64,000 nt of DNA from Akkermansiaceae bacterium (lineage in GTDB: Bacteria; Gemmatimonadota; Gemmatimonadetes; Palauibacterales; Palauibacteraceae): NCBI GenBank assembly GCA_964195715.1, contig CAXMRU010000224.1:13601-77600 (forward strand). Direction: 5' to 3'. A program made the translations under genes and the position numbers. Position 1 is the first letter of the stretch, and every line of letters starts with the position of its first letter. This document shows positions 46,018-55,357 of this stretch, in pieces. Under the pieces are notes generated by a model. That model was not told where the DNA came from. It did not search any database and worked only from the letters and a program-made list of their open reading frames with translations.

Positions 46018-47210
46018 GACAGCCGGTCTTCCAGACGATCCAGCATCCTCTCGGCCACATCCGCTTTCGGCAGTAGAGGAATTTCCTCCACCACTCCCGA
46101 CGCGTCGATCAGCGTCACCTGGTTCGTCTCAGCCTCGAATCCACGGTCGGGCCGCCCGGCTTCGTTCACGGCGACCATGTCCAGACCCTTGGCCTCCAGT
46201 TTCAGGCGGGCGTTCTCAAGCGCGTCAGCTGTTTCGAGGGCGAAGCCAAGCGTGTACACCTGCCGCTCGACTCTCATGGCTCGCGTATCCGCGAGCAGGT
46301 CCGGTCCCGCTTTCAGCGACAAGTCCAGCACATCACGATCCTGCCGTTTGATCTTCTCGGCCGGCGGATCCGGCACGAAGAAGTCGGATACGGCAGCCGC
46401 CATGATGAGAACCGATGCGTCCTGCAGCTCCTTCTCCAGGACGGTCCCCATTTCCTGGCTGGTCTCCACCCGGATCAAACGCGGACCGTAGGGCGGCTCC
46501 ACGGATGTCGGACCTGCAATCAATACGACGTCTGCCCCACGCAGCCATGCCGAGGAGGCTAGCGCCATGCCCATGCGGCCCGATGATCGGTTGCTTACAA
46601 AGCGCACCGGATCGATGGGGGCGAGAGTCGGCCCGGCCGTGACCACGACTCTACGTCCTTCGAGTCGTGACTCGCCCCGCAGGAGACGACTGGCTACCGA
46701 GATGATCATATCGGGCTCTGACATTCGTCCCGGACCCGACTCGCCCTCGGCAAGCTCGCCGTCCTCCGGTCCGAGTACGTGAAGCCCGCGTGCCTTGAGG
46801 GACTCCATGTTCTCACGCGTGGCTACGTTCTCCCACATCCGGAGGTTCATGGCTGGACACACCAGAATCGGACAGGCAGCCGCAAGCAGGGTCGACGTGG
46901 CCATGTCGTCGGCCAACCCATGCGCCATTCGCGCCAGGATGTTGGCCGTCGCGGGAGCAACGATAGCGAGATCCGCCTCCCGACCGAGCTCGACATGGGC
47001 GAGAGGCTCGGTCCACAGGTTCGTATGTACGGGACGACCACTGAGGGCATGAAACGTCGCGGCCCCCACCATCTTCTCGGCGGAAGCCGTCATCACTACG
47101 TCAACCCGGGCTCCGGCCTGACGCAGCCGCCGGACCAGGATCGCGCTCTTGTAGGCGGCGATCCCGCCCGAGACCACAAGAAGGACACGACGCCCATCCA
47201 GCGCGGACAC
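46014..47210 (-). CDS. coaBC: bifunctional phosphopantothenoylcysteine decarboxylase / phosphopantothenate--cysteine ligase
   Basis: 398 aa. N-terminal flavoprotein domain (VLLVVSGGIAAYKS) and C-terminal CoaB domain. Confidence 0.9.
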   Translation of the reverse strand: MSALDGRRVLLVVSGGIAAYKSAILVRRLRQAGARVDVVMTASAEKMVGAATFHALSGRPVHTNLWTEPLAHVELGREADLAIVAPATANILARMAHGLADDMATSTLLAAACPILVCPAMNLRMWENVATRENMESLKARGLHVLGPEDGELAEGESGPGRMSEPDMIISVASRLLRGESRLEGRRVVVTAGPTLAPIDPVRFVSNRSSGRMGMALASSAWLRGADVVLIAGPTSVEPPYGPRLIRVETSQEMGTVLEKELQDASVLIMAAAVSDFFVPDPPAEKIKRQDRDVLDLSLKAGPDLLADTRAMRVERQVYTLGFALETADALENARLKLEAKGLDMVAVNEAGRPDRGFEAETNQVTLIDASGVVEEIPLLPKADVAERMLDRLEDRLS

Positions 47211-47425
47211 TACTCGGCGGGCGCGCTGCGCTGGCTGACCAGGCGATACTCCAACTGGCCAGAGGCCATGGCCGCCAGAGCCATGGTGGTGAGCTTCTCG
47301 GCCCCGTACGGCGACCGCTCGAGCGGGAGCGCGTTTAGCTCACGGGCGTACTTGGCCGCGACAAGGACGCCCAGGTACTTGTCCGACGCGGCGGGAACCA
47401 GGTCATCCGGGGTGAATACCTTCAT
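47210..47425 (-). CDS. rpoZ: DNA-directed RNA polymerase subunit omega
   Basis: 71 aa. NKYLGVLVAAKYARELN-like core. Located between gmk and coaBC as in many bacteria. Confidence 0.8.
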   Translation of the reverse strand: MKVFTPDDLVPAASDKYLGVLVAAKYARELNALPLERSPYGAEKLTTMALAAMASGQLEYRLVSQRSAPAE

Positions 47426-48099
47426 TCGCTTCTCGCTTCCTGTTCGACGGATGCGGCTAGCATCCGGTTCAAAGACTCGCCGAGCTCCCGAACGCGATCC
47501 CTCTCGTCCGGCCTCAGCCGCTTCACCCTGTGGCGCTCGGCCGAAAGAATAGCCTCGACCTCTCGCACCGTATCTTCAAGATTGTCGTTCACGACCGCGT
47601 AGTCGAATCGCTCGATCTCTGAAAGCTCCGATGACGCGGTTCTCATCCGGGTCCGGAACGCCTCTTCGTTCTCGCTGCCACGCCCGCGCAGCCTCTCTAC
47701 CAGCCGCCGGAAGTCCGGCGGAAGCAGGAATATCGTAACCGCGTCAGGCTTGGCGGCCCTGAGATGGTTCGCCCCCTGCACGTCGATGTCCAGGAGCAGG
47801 TTTGCCCCCTCGTCCCGGGCCCTGCGGAGGTTTGCGTGCGGCGTGCCATACAACTCTCCATGTACCTCCGCCCACTCCAGGAGTTCTCCGCTCTCGATGA
47901 GATCCGCGAAGGCCTCTCTGCCAAGGAACCGGTAGTCCCTGCCATCGTGCTCACCCGGCCGTGGACGTCGTGTCGTCGCCGACACTGAGAAAAACAGGTC
48001 TTCGTGACGCTTCAGCAGCTCCTGCCGCACGGTCGTCTTACCGCCTCCGGACGGTCCGGCAAGGACGATCGGAAACAGGTGGGGTGGGCCCGATCTCAA
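47422..48099 (-). CDS. gmk: guanylate kinase
   Basis: 225 aa. P-loop GPSGGGKTT, the YRFLGREAF-like GMP-binding region, and FSVSATTR. Confidence 0.9.
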   Translation of the reverse strand: MRSGPPHLFPIVLAGPSGGGKTTVRQELLKRHEDLFFSVSATTRRPRPGEHDGRDYRFLGREAFADLIESGELLEWAEVHGELYGTPHANLRRARDEGANLLLDIDVQGANHLRAAKPDAVTIFLLPPDFRRLVERLRGRGSENEEAFRTRMRTASSELSEIERFDYAVVNDNLEDTVREVEAILSAERHRVKRLRPDERDRVRELGESLNRMLAASVEQEARSE

Positions 48100-48109
48100 C
48101 GAACTGACC

Positions 48110-49009
48110 TCACTCTACGTTCTCGTTCTGTTCCCGAAGCGACTCGAGCTCGTTCTTCATCTCCACTACGATTCGCCCGATCGTCGCGTCGTTAGCCTTC
48201 GATCCGATCGTATTCACTTCCCGCAGCAACTCCTGCCCGAGGAAGCCCAGCCGTTTGCCGACGGGCTCTGCCTCCGATGCGTCCACTAGCTCGCGGAACG
48301 CCTCAAGGTGGGCTCGGGTCCTTACGACCTCCTCAGAAATATCCCATTTGTCTGCGATGAACGCGATCTCCCGGGCCAGCCGATCCGGATCGATCTCGAT
48401 GTCGCCGGCCAGTTCCCGGATCGAACGCCGCAGACGGTCCGTCTCTCTCTCCATCCTCCGGGGAGTCAGGGCTTCGACCTCTGTCAGCCCGGACTCCAGC
48501 GCCTCCACCCGATTCATGAGATCCAGGGCCAGACGTTCTCCCTCGCGTTGACGCATCTCGACCAATTGAGTGACCGCTGCGTCCGCGATCGTCTTCACGG
48601 CCTCCAGGGGCACGACCTCCAGAGGATCTGTCGTCGCTTCGACCAGAAGGCGCTCGTATCGCCCGACCAAACCGATGTCCACCTCACCGGGAAGGTCCCA
48701 GCGGTCTTTCAACTCGCGCAGGCCTTCGACGTAGGCCTGCACCCTTGCTTCGTCCAGGCGTAAGCCCTGACCGGGACCGCTTCCCCCCTCTGGCGTGGAC
48801 GACCCGATTCGCAACGCCACATCGACGTGGCCCCGCCTCACGTGCGCCGAGATCGCGTCCCGGAGGAACTCCTCCCAGCGCTCGGTGCCAGGCGGCATCC
48901 GGAAATGAAGCTTCAGGTGACGTGAATTCACCGACCTGAGCTCAAGACCCAGTGTCACCCCAGCGGCAGTCGTGGACGCCGACCCGAAACCCGTCATGCT
49001 GCGTATCAT
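48110..49009 (-). CDS. yicC: YicC-family stress-induced protein
   Basis: 299 aa. MIRSMTGFG N-terminus typical of the YicC N-terminal domain. Conserved neighbour of gmk. Confidence 0.85.
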   Translation of the reverse strand: MIRSMTGFGSASTTAAGVTLGLELRSVNSRHLKLHFRMPPGTERWEEFLRDAISAHVRRGHVDVALRIGSSTPEGGSGPGQGLRLDEARVQAYVEGLRELKDRWDLPGEVDIGLVGRYERLLVEATTDPLEVVPLEAVKTIADAAVTQLVEMRQREGERLALDLMNRVEALESGLTEVEALTPRRMERETDRLRRSIRELAGDIEIDPDRLAREIAFIADKWDISEEVVRTRAHLEAFRELVDASEAEPVGKRLGFLGQELLREVNTIGSKANDATIGRIVVEMKNELESLREQNENVE

Positions 49010-49037
49010 AGGAACCGATTAGTATAGCGTACCCGCC

Positions 49038-50894
49038 TCAATTGAGGAACTCCCATTTGACGCCGAACACTGAGCGCCGGACGGGAAACGGAAGACCCGG
49101 GAGGTCCTGACCCTCCACGGCCGTCAGGTTGTCGAACCGCCAATACACCCGGACGCCCAGGATCCGTATCATCAGATTCCAGTCGACGAAGGTGTACGAG
49201 GGAACCCGCACTGATGACGAGCCCGCCGAACCCGGACCCGGGGACGTGAGCATCGAATCCCGGTAGTTGAGGCCGAAGGCCGCGCTGACCTCGAGCTCCT
49301 CCTCGAAGAAGGAGTCGTGCCAGAAGAGCTCGGCGCGCGCAACGCTCTCGGGAACGTAGAGTGCCTCGTCTCCGTCGAGCACATTCGAATACCGGTAGAA
49401 GCCCCTCAGCCGGATGGGCTCCACGTCGTTCAACACCAGCCCTAGCGGAATGATGGGGCCGACGAACCCACCCTCCGCGAGGCCGAGCTCCACCGACCCG
49501 CCGGGCTGCTGCTCGCGATCGAATACGGCACCGAACGGAAGCTGCCGGCTCAGCTTCTGGTATTCGCCGCGCCCGGAGAGCGTGAACAGACCCAGCCGCA
49601 ACGCCAGGGCCCCGGCAGCTACGTCGAACGAGACCGAGTCCGCCCGTTCGAGTGTAGGGTAGGACACGCCTCGTGTGCCTGTCGCGCCGTCCGCCGTGAG
49701 CGTCAGCCCGAGGCGGCGTACCGTCGCGGCAACGCCAAGCCGGCCCTCGGATGTGCTGAAGTCGTACCACGATCCGAGTCGCCCGCCGACCGTCAGCGAG
49801 AGCCACGAGAAAAATCGGTATCCGCCATCCAGGTCGACGTCGACGATTGGATAGGTCGGATCATCCCACAGCCTGAATCCGGTCCGGAACCAACCACTCT
49901 CAGCCTCTCCAGATAACCGGAAACCTCCGTTCGCCACCTTCCGAACACTTTCCCCCTCCGAGCTCAGCCCGCTAGTGCCCGCGAAGGCCTCCGCCTGAAA
50001 GTGATCGCCGAGGTTCCCCCTGCCGCGGATGAATAGCTCGGTACGGTTCAGGTCTGCGGGAGAGTATACATCCCGTTCCATACTCTCGGTGACCCACTGC
50101 AGTTCCAAGCCAGCGTCTCCACCTCCCGGAAGCCACGCCACCCGTCCCCAGAAGTTGAAATCGGTCGACGCGTGCTCGCCTCCTGTATCGAGCAGGTCGA
50201 TGGAGGTGGCGAGGTTGAAGTTGTTCCCGATGCCGTTGCTGAACAGGAGCCGCAGGCGACTCAGACCCGGATCTCCAGTACCGCCGGTGATCCGGGAGTA
50301 GGCCGAGCGCTTTTCCCTCCTCAGGGTCGTGACTTCCGCGATCCATCCGTCGGCTCGACGCCTCACGCGCACGCTCTCGACACTGGCAAGCGCGATCCGG
50401 GTCAAGTCCACCTGGCCGGCGTCCAGGGTGGTGAGCTCCCGGCCGTCCACTGACACGGACAGGAAACCGGGCCCGAGAGCTCCCTCGACGGCATAGTGAG
50501 GACCGCCAAACCACGTCGTGCGCAGGGTAGTAAATCCCGGCACGGCCTCGGAGAGAAGGTCCAGCAGCGTCATCGCGTTCGAACGGAGGATCTCCTGTCG
50601 GTCCCACTCGTAGGTGGACCAGGACCATCCTTTCGAGGGCGGTCTCATCTCTTCGGCGATCTGCTGGAAGCGCTCGTTCTCGGTCGAATCGGCCAACGTA
50701 CCGGTCAGTTCTCCCTCAAACTCGGCGACGAGGGTGTCGGCAACCACCTCGGCGGCGGGTCGCTCCGGCTCCTGGCCGGAAAGCCCCGCCGCGTACCCCA
50801 GGCACAGCAGGAGCACCAATCCGACGACCTCAGGCGTCCGTGAGCCGATTCGTCCCTCCATGCGTCGATTGGCCAGGCGGGGCCGGGGCGGCAT
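49038..50894 (-). CDS. outer-membrane protein with TonB-dependent-receptor-like plug domain and beta-barrel, C-terminal ...VKWEFLN
   Basis: Signal peptide (LVLLLCLGYAAGLSGQEP), a plug-like segment (ILRSNAMTLLDLLSEAVPGF...VESVRVRRR) and alternating-residue beta-strands through the C-terminus. The start is probably the Met at about 50861. Confidence 0.6.
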   Translation of the reverse strand: MPPRPRLANRRMEGRIGSRTPEVVGLVLLLCLGYAAGLSGQEPERPAAEVVADTLVAEFEGELTGTLADSTENERFQQIAEEMRPPSKGWSWSTYEWDRQEILRSNAMTLLDLLSEAVPGFTTLRTTWFGGPHYAVEGALGPGFLSVSVDGRELTTLDAGQVDLTRIALASVESVRVRRRADGWIAEVTTLRREKRSAYSRITGGTGDPGLSRLRLLFSNGIGNNFNLATSIDLLDTGGEHASTDFNFWGRVAWLPGGGDAGLELQWVTESMERDVYSPADLNRTELFIRGRGNLGDHFQAEAFAGTSGLSSEGESVRKVANGGFRLSGEAESGWFRTGFRLWDDPTYPIVDVDLDGGYRFFSWLSLTVGGRLGSWYDFSTSEGRLGVAATVRRLGLTLTADGATGTRGVSYPTLERADSVSFDVAAGALALRLGLFTLSGRGEYQKLSRQLPFGAVFDREQQPGGSVELGLAEGGFVGPIIPLGLVLNDVEPIRLRGFYRYSNVLDGDEALYVPESVARAELFWHDSFFEEELEVSAAFGLNYRDSMLTSPGPGSAGSSSVRVPSYTFVDWNLMIRILGVRVYWRFDNLTAVEGQDLPGLPFPVRRSVFGVKWEFLN

Positions 50895-50916
50895 CCGGCC
50901 CCGCGGTCGTGGGGAC

Positions 50917-52170
<1,254 letters not shown>

Positions 52171-52196
52171 TTTAGCACTCTCTCAAGAAATGGTGT

Positions 52197-53324
52197 TCAG
52201 CGTCGGTCGATGGGCACCCAGGGTCGATCCAGCTCACCCGTATATTCCGCCCGCGGTCGAATGAGTCGGTTGTGCATATGCTGTTCCATCACGTGTGCGG
52301 CCCATCCGCCCGTTCGACCGATGGCGAAGAGGGGAGTAAACAGGTCTATCGGAAGACCCAGTGAGTAGTATACGGTGGCACAGTAAAAATCCACATTGCA
52401 GTGGAGGCCCTTGCGCTCCAGCATGAGGTCCTCGAGCACCCTCGACACATCGAACCGCAGGGCCTCTCCCGCCTCTCGGCTCAGGGCCTCCGACATCTGG
52501 CGCAGATGTGCAGCTCGTGGATCCTCGGCGCGATACACCCTGTGGCCGAAGCCCATGATCTTTCGTTTCTCGGCCAAGGCGTGGTCCAGGTACCCGGCGA
52601 CCTCTTCCACGGAGCCTATTTCGAGCAGCATCTCCATCGCCTTCTCGTTGGCTCCACCGTGGAGCGGCCCCTTCAGGGCGGCTATGCCGGCCGTGATCGC
52701 GGAGTACATATCCGCCAGCGTCGAGGCGACGATCCGTGCCGTGAACGTCGATGCGTTCAGACCGTGCTCCAGGTAGAGAAGCAGCGACGTATCCAGAGCC
52801 CGGACGGCCGTATCGGTCGGGATCTCTCCTCGAAGCATGTACAGGAAATTGGCGGCGTGAGACAACTCCCCATTGGGCTCGACCGGATCGAGTCCGCGGC
52901 GCACTCTGTCGAACGCCGCCACGATTGTCGGCATGCGAGCGACAAGCCGACCCGCCTTTCGCAGATCAGCCTCTTGGGAAATGTCTTCCGCTTCGGGGTC
53001 GACCTGACCCAGCGCCGACACGGCCGTGCGCAGCGCAGCCATCGGAGCCGAATCCGCAGGCAGTTCCCCGAGCACGGCCAAGACCTCCTGCGGAAGCGAC
53101 CGCTGGGCGGCCAGAGTTCCCTCGAACGCCGCCAGCTCCATGGCCGACGGCAGCGCGTCGTACCACAGCACGTAGACGGACTCGAGGTATGACGCGTAAC
53201 GCGCGAGCACGTTCACGTCGTATCCTCGATACGAAAGACGGCCGCCCTCGCCGTCGATGAAGCTCAGTGCCGACTCGGCGGCAACGATGCCGGCGAGTCC
53301 CTTGTTCGCCACCTGATCGGTCAT
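52197..53324 (-). CDS. gltA: citrate synthase
   Basis: GFGHRVY catalytic His motif and a HCNVDFY-type region. The Met at about 53324 (MTDQVANKGLAGIV...) is the preferred start. The track start at 53399 adds 25 aa. Confidence 0.9.
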   Translation of the reverse strand: MTDQVANKGLAGIVAAESALSFIDGEGGRLSYRGYDVNVLARYASYLESVYVLWYDALPSAMELAAFEGTLAAQRSLPQEVLAVLGELPADSAPMAALRTAVSALGQVDPEAEDISQEADLRKAGRLVARMPTIVAAFDRVRRGLDPVEPNGELSHAANFLYMLRGEIPTDTAVRALDTSLLLYLEHGLNASTFTARIVASTLADMYSAITAGIAALKGPLHGGANEKAMEMLLEIGSVEEVAGYLDHALAEKRKIMGFGHRVYRAEDPRAAHLRQMSEALSREAGEALRFDVSRVLEDLMLERKGLHCNVDFYCATVYYSLGLPIDLFTPLFAIGRTGGWAAHVMEQHMHNRLIRPRAEYTGELDRPWVPIDRR

Positions 53325-53435
53325 GAGTCCCTCAATCGATCGAGCGCTGCAGGAATGTCCACACAAAAGGGGCGCAACTACCGGTAGAACCGGTGTCACG
53401 CCCCTTGCTCGAGCCGTCTCGAGCGCTCCTGGATC

Positions 53436-53690
53436 CTAACGAATGGCCGGATCCGGCTCGGCGACAGTGAACCGGCTCTTGAGGTCCTCCGTGCTGAGGC
53501 TCTCGAATGAACCGGTCGGCATACGAATGCGACGCTGCGGCTGCGCTGGGTCGGAGAAGCACACGAAGATCACCGACTCGTTCTCGGTGTCCTTGGGGCC
53601 GGTCCTGGCGGGATCGGGCCAGAAGACATCTCGCGAAGCTAGCCATGCCTTCCACCGTCTGCCGCTGTCGTCCCGGAAGTGCTTTGTCAT
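53436..53690 (-). CDS. candidate small protein (84 aa) of unknown function in AT-rich island
   Basis: ORF MTKHFRDDSGRRWKAWLASRDVFWPDPARTGP...AEPDPAIR. It has genome-typical GC-rich third positions and GAGGT 4 nt before its ATG, with an extended -10 (TGgTATATT) about 45 nt upstream. The longer track ORF (start 53774) begins with AT-rich rare codons and is disfavoured. Confidence 0.4.
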   Translation of the reverse strand: MTKHFRDDSGRRWKAWLASRDVFWPDPARTGPKDTENESVIFVCFSDPAQPQRRIRMPTGSFESLSTEDLKSRFTVAEPDPAIR

Positions 53691-53733
53691 GCATACCTCG
53701 AAGTTGGGTAAAACGAGAACTGCAGATCCAACA

Positions 53734-53743
53734 AATATACCAA
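53734..53743 (-). promoter_or_regulatory. extended -10 element TGgTATATT on the minus strand upstream of the candidate small ORF
   Basis: Read from the sequence inside the AT-rich island. The spacing to the SD/ATG is plausible. Confidence 0.3.
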
Positions 53744-53823
53744 TTACAGGCGGTCCTGTCCACCGAACGATCAATGGTTAGAATCTACATCATGACCACC
53801 GCATATACTGTTATCTTGTAGCA

Positions 53824-53839
53824 TGTTGCAATTGTCACA
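53824..53839. promoter_or_regulatory. second CRP/FNR-like palindrome TGTTGCAATTGTCACA in the AT-rich island between gltA-side genes and the DUF1028 gene
   Basis: TGTTG-N6-TCACA. It shares the AATTGT core with the nuoA-proximal site TGTGAAATTGTTCACG. Confidence 0.3.
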
Positions 53840-53956
53840 CATCTACGTTCCTGGATGCCGGCAATGCTACCGGCTTCCCTCGGGCGAGCCTACGGTCTAG
53901 ACTCTGCTCCTGGTCCCATGTCCCGTCGACTCTAAACCCTGTCGTGGAGGTCCGTC

Positions 53957-54979
53957 ATGACCGCCCTGAATCGCCTTGCCGCGATCGCCATCCCGGCACT
54001 TGTACTCACTGTCACCCCTCTGGCGGTTCCCCGTTCCGCCGCGGGGCAGGAAGAGGCTCGCCCGCTGCGTCCCGTGCACACATTCTCGATCGTGGCGCGT
54101 GACGCGGAAACGGGCGAGCTGGGCGTGGCCGTCCAGTCCCACTGGTTTTCAGTAGGCTCCTCGGTCGTCTGGGCAGGAAGCGGAGTGGGAGCCGTGGCGA
54201 CGCAGTCCTTCATCGATCCGTCCTACGGCGCAAATGGTCTCATCCTGATGAGCGTCGGGAAGACAGCGTCCGAAACCCTCGCCGGGCTACTGGCGGCAGA
54301 TGGGCACTCGGAGGTCCGGCAGGTGGGGATGGTAGACGCCAACGGAGGCACCGCTGTGCACACGGGTAGCCTGGCCATCGCCGAGGCCTGTGACTACGAG
54401 GGCAACGGATTCACGGTTCAAGCCAACCTGATGCACCATCCCACCGTGTGCGACGCGATGGTGCGGGCGTACACGTCCAGCAGTGGTGACCTCGCCGAAC
54501 GCCTCATGAGCGCCCTCGAGGCCGCCGAAGCTGAAGGTGGAGATATCCGGGGCCGGCAGTCGGCAGCGCTGCTCGTGGTGGCGGCTGAGCCATCGGGCCG
54601 CCCGTGGCAGGACCGGACGTACGACCTCCGTGTCGACGATGATGCAGAGCCCTTGATCGAACTCCGTCGCCTGCTATCGGTGGCACGCGCATATCACCAC
54701 ATGAACGAAGGAGACGATCAAGTCACCCGCGGTAATATCGACGCCGCTGTCGAGGAGTACGAGCGCGCCGAGGTTCTTCTCCCGGGTGAACCAGAGCCCC
54801 TGTTCTGGCATGCGGTTACGCTCGCCGGCGTCGGGAGGGTCGAAGAGTCGCTGCCACTGTTCGCCGAGGCGTACCGCCTGCGGCCCGAATGGAGAGAGCT
54901 GGTGCCGCGGCTTGTGCCAGCTCAGCTGCTCCCGGACGACGACGAGATGCTTGAAAGGATCGTTACGGCCGGCGAGTGA
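53957..54979 (+). CDS. secreted DUF1028-family protein (Ntn-hydrolase-like fold) with C-terminal TPR-like tail
   Basis: 340 aa. Signal peptide, then HTFSIVARDAETGELGVAVQS, the characteristic DUF1028 N-terminus (mature N-terminal Thr/Ser). GGAGG SD lies 6 nt before the ATG. Confidence 0.7.
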   Translation: MTALNRLAAIAIPALVLTVTPLAVPRSAAGQEEARPLRPVHTFSIVARDAETGELGVAVQSHWFSVGSSVVWAGSGVGAVATQSFIDPSYGANGLILMSVGKTASETLAGLLAADGHSEVRQVGMVDANGGTAVHTGSLAIAEACDYEGNGFTVQANLMHHPTVCDAMVRAYTSSSGDLAERLMSALEAAEAEGGDIRGRQSAALLVVAAEPSGRPWQDRTYDLRVDDDAEPLIELRRLLSVARAYHHMNEGDDQVTRGNIDAAVEEYERAEVLLPGEPEPLFWHAVTLAGVGRVEESLPLFAEAYRLRPEWRELVPRLVPAQLLPDDDEMLERIVTAGE

Positions 54980-55004
54980 TACGTGTCGCCCTTGCGGGCG
55001 GCCG

Positions 55005-55118
55005 TCAGTCCTGCTCCCCGGAAGGGTGGTCCAGCTCGGGCAGTCGCAGGAAGAAAGCGATCGTAGCTCCGATTCCGGCAACCAGAACGGCCAGAATCGC
55101 GGTTACCAGAATATACAT
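55005..55118 (-). CDS. candidate 37-aa single-helix membrane peptide
   Basis: ORF MYILVTAILAVLVAGIGATIAFFLRLPELDHPSGEQD in the 378-nt gap between DUF1028 and rocD. No strong SD. Speculative. Confidence 0.25.
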   Translation of the reverse strand: MYILVTAILAVLVAGIGATIAFFLRLPELDHPSGEQD

Positions 55119-55357
55119 GGATCCATCCCGGGTTCGATTCGAAGCATTCGCCCCACGTCGTCGAGGCGGCGCTCGGCGCACGAGTATGGAGGGCGCCGGG
55201 CTCGCTGTCCAGAGCCGCCCCGGGTTTCGCGGCGACCTGGTAAGGTGTCTCGCGCCATGAGCCGGACTGCGTTGCCCGGTGACAGCGAACCGGATAATCT
55301 CTGCGCGATGCCGGCCGGCCGTCGGAACCTGACCGGGAGACTGCACTCAACTCTAGC

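Noticed and set aside
53443-53781. Plus-strand 112-aa ORF overlapping the candidate small gene region
   Set aside because: It runs through the AT-rich promoter-like DNA with poor codon usage and no SD. The minus-strand 84-aa ORF has far better coding statistics, so only that one is proposed, and only tentatively.
55125-55145. GGTTCGATTCGAA, resembling a tRNA T-loop (GGTTCGAATCC)
   Set aside because: The flanking sequence cannot form a T-stem (CCCGG versus TCGAA) or an acceptor stem, and there is no D-arm or anticodon-arm context. It is judged a chance match. No other tRNA-like or rRNA-like segment was seen in the few gene-free gaps.
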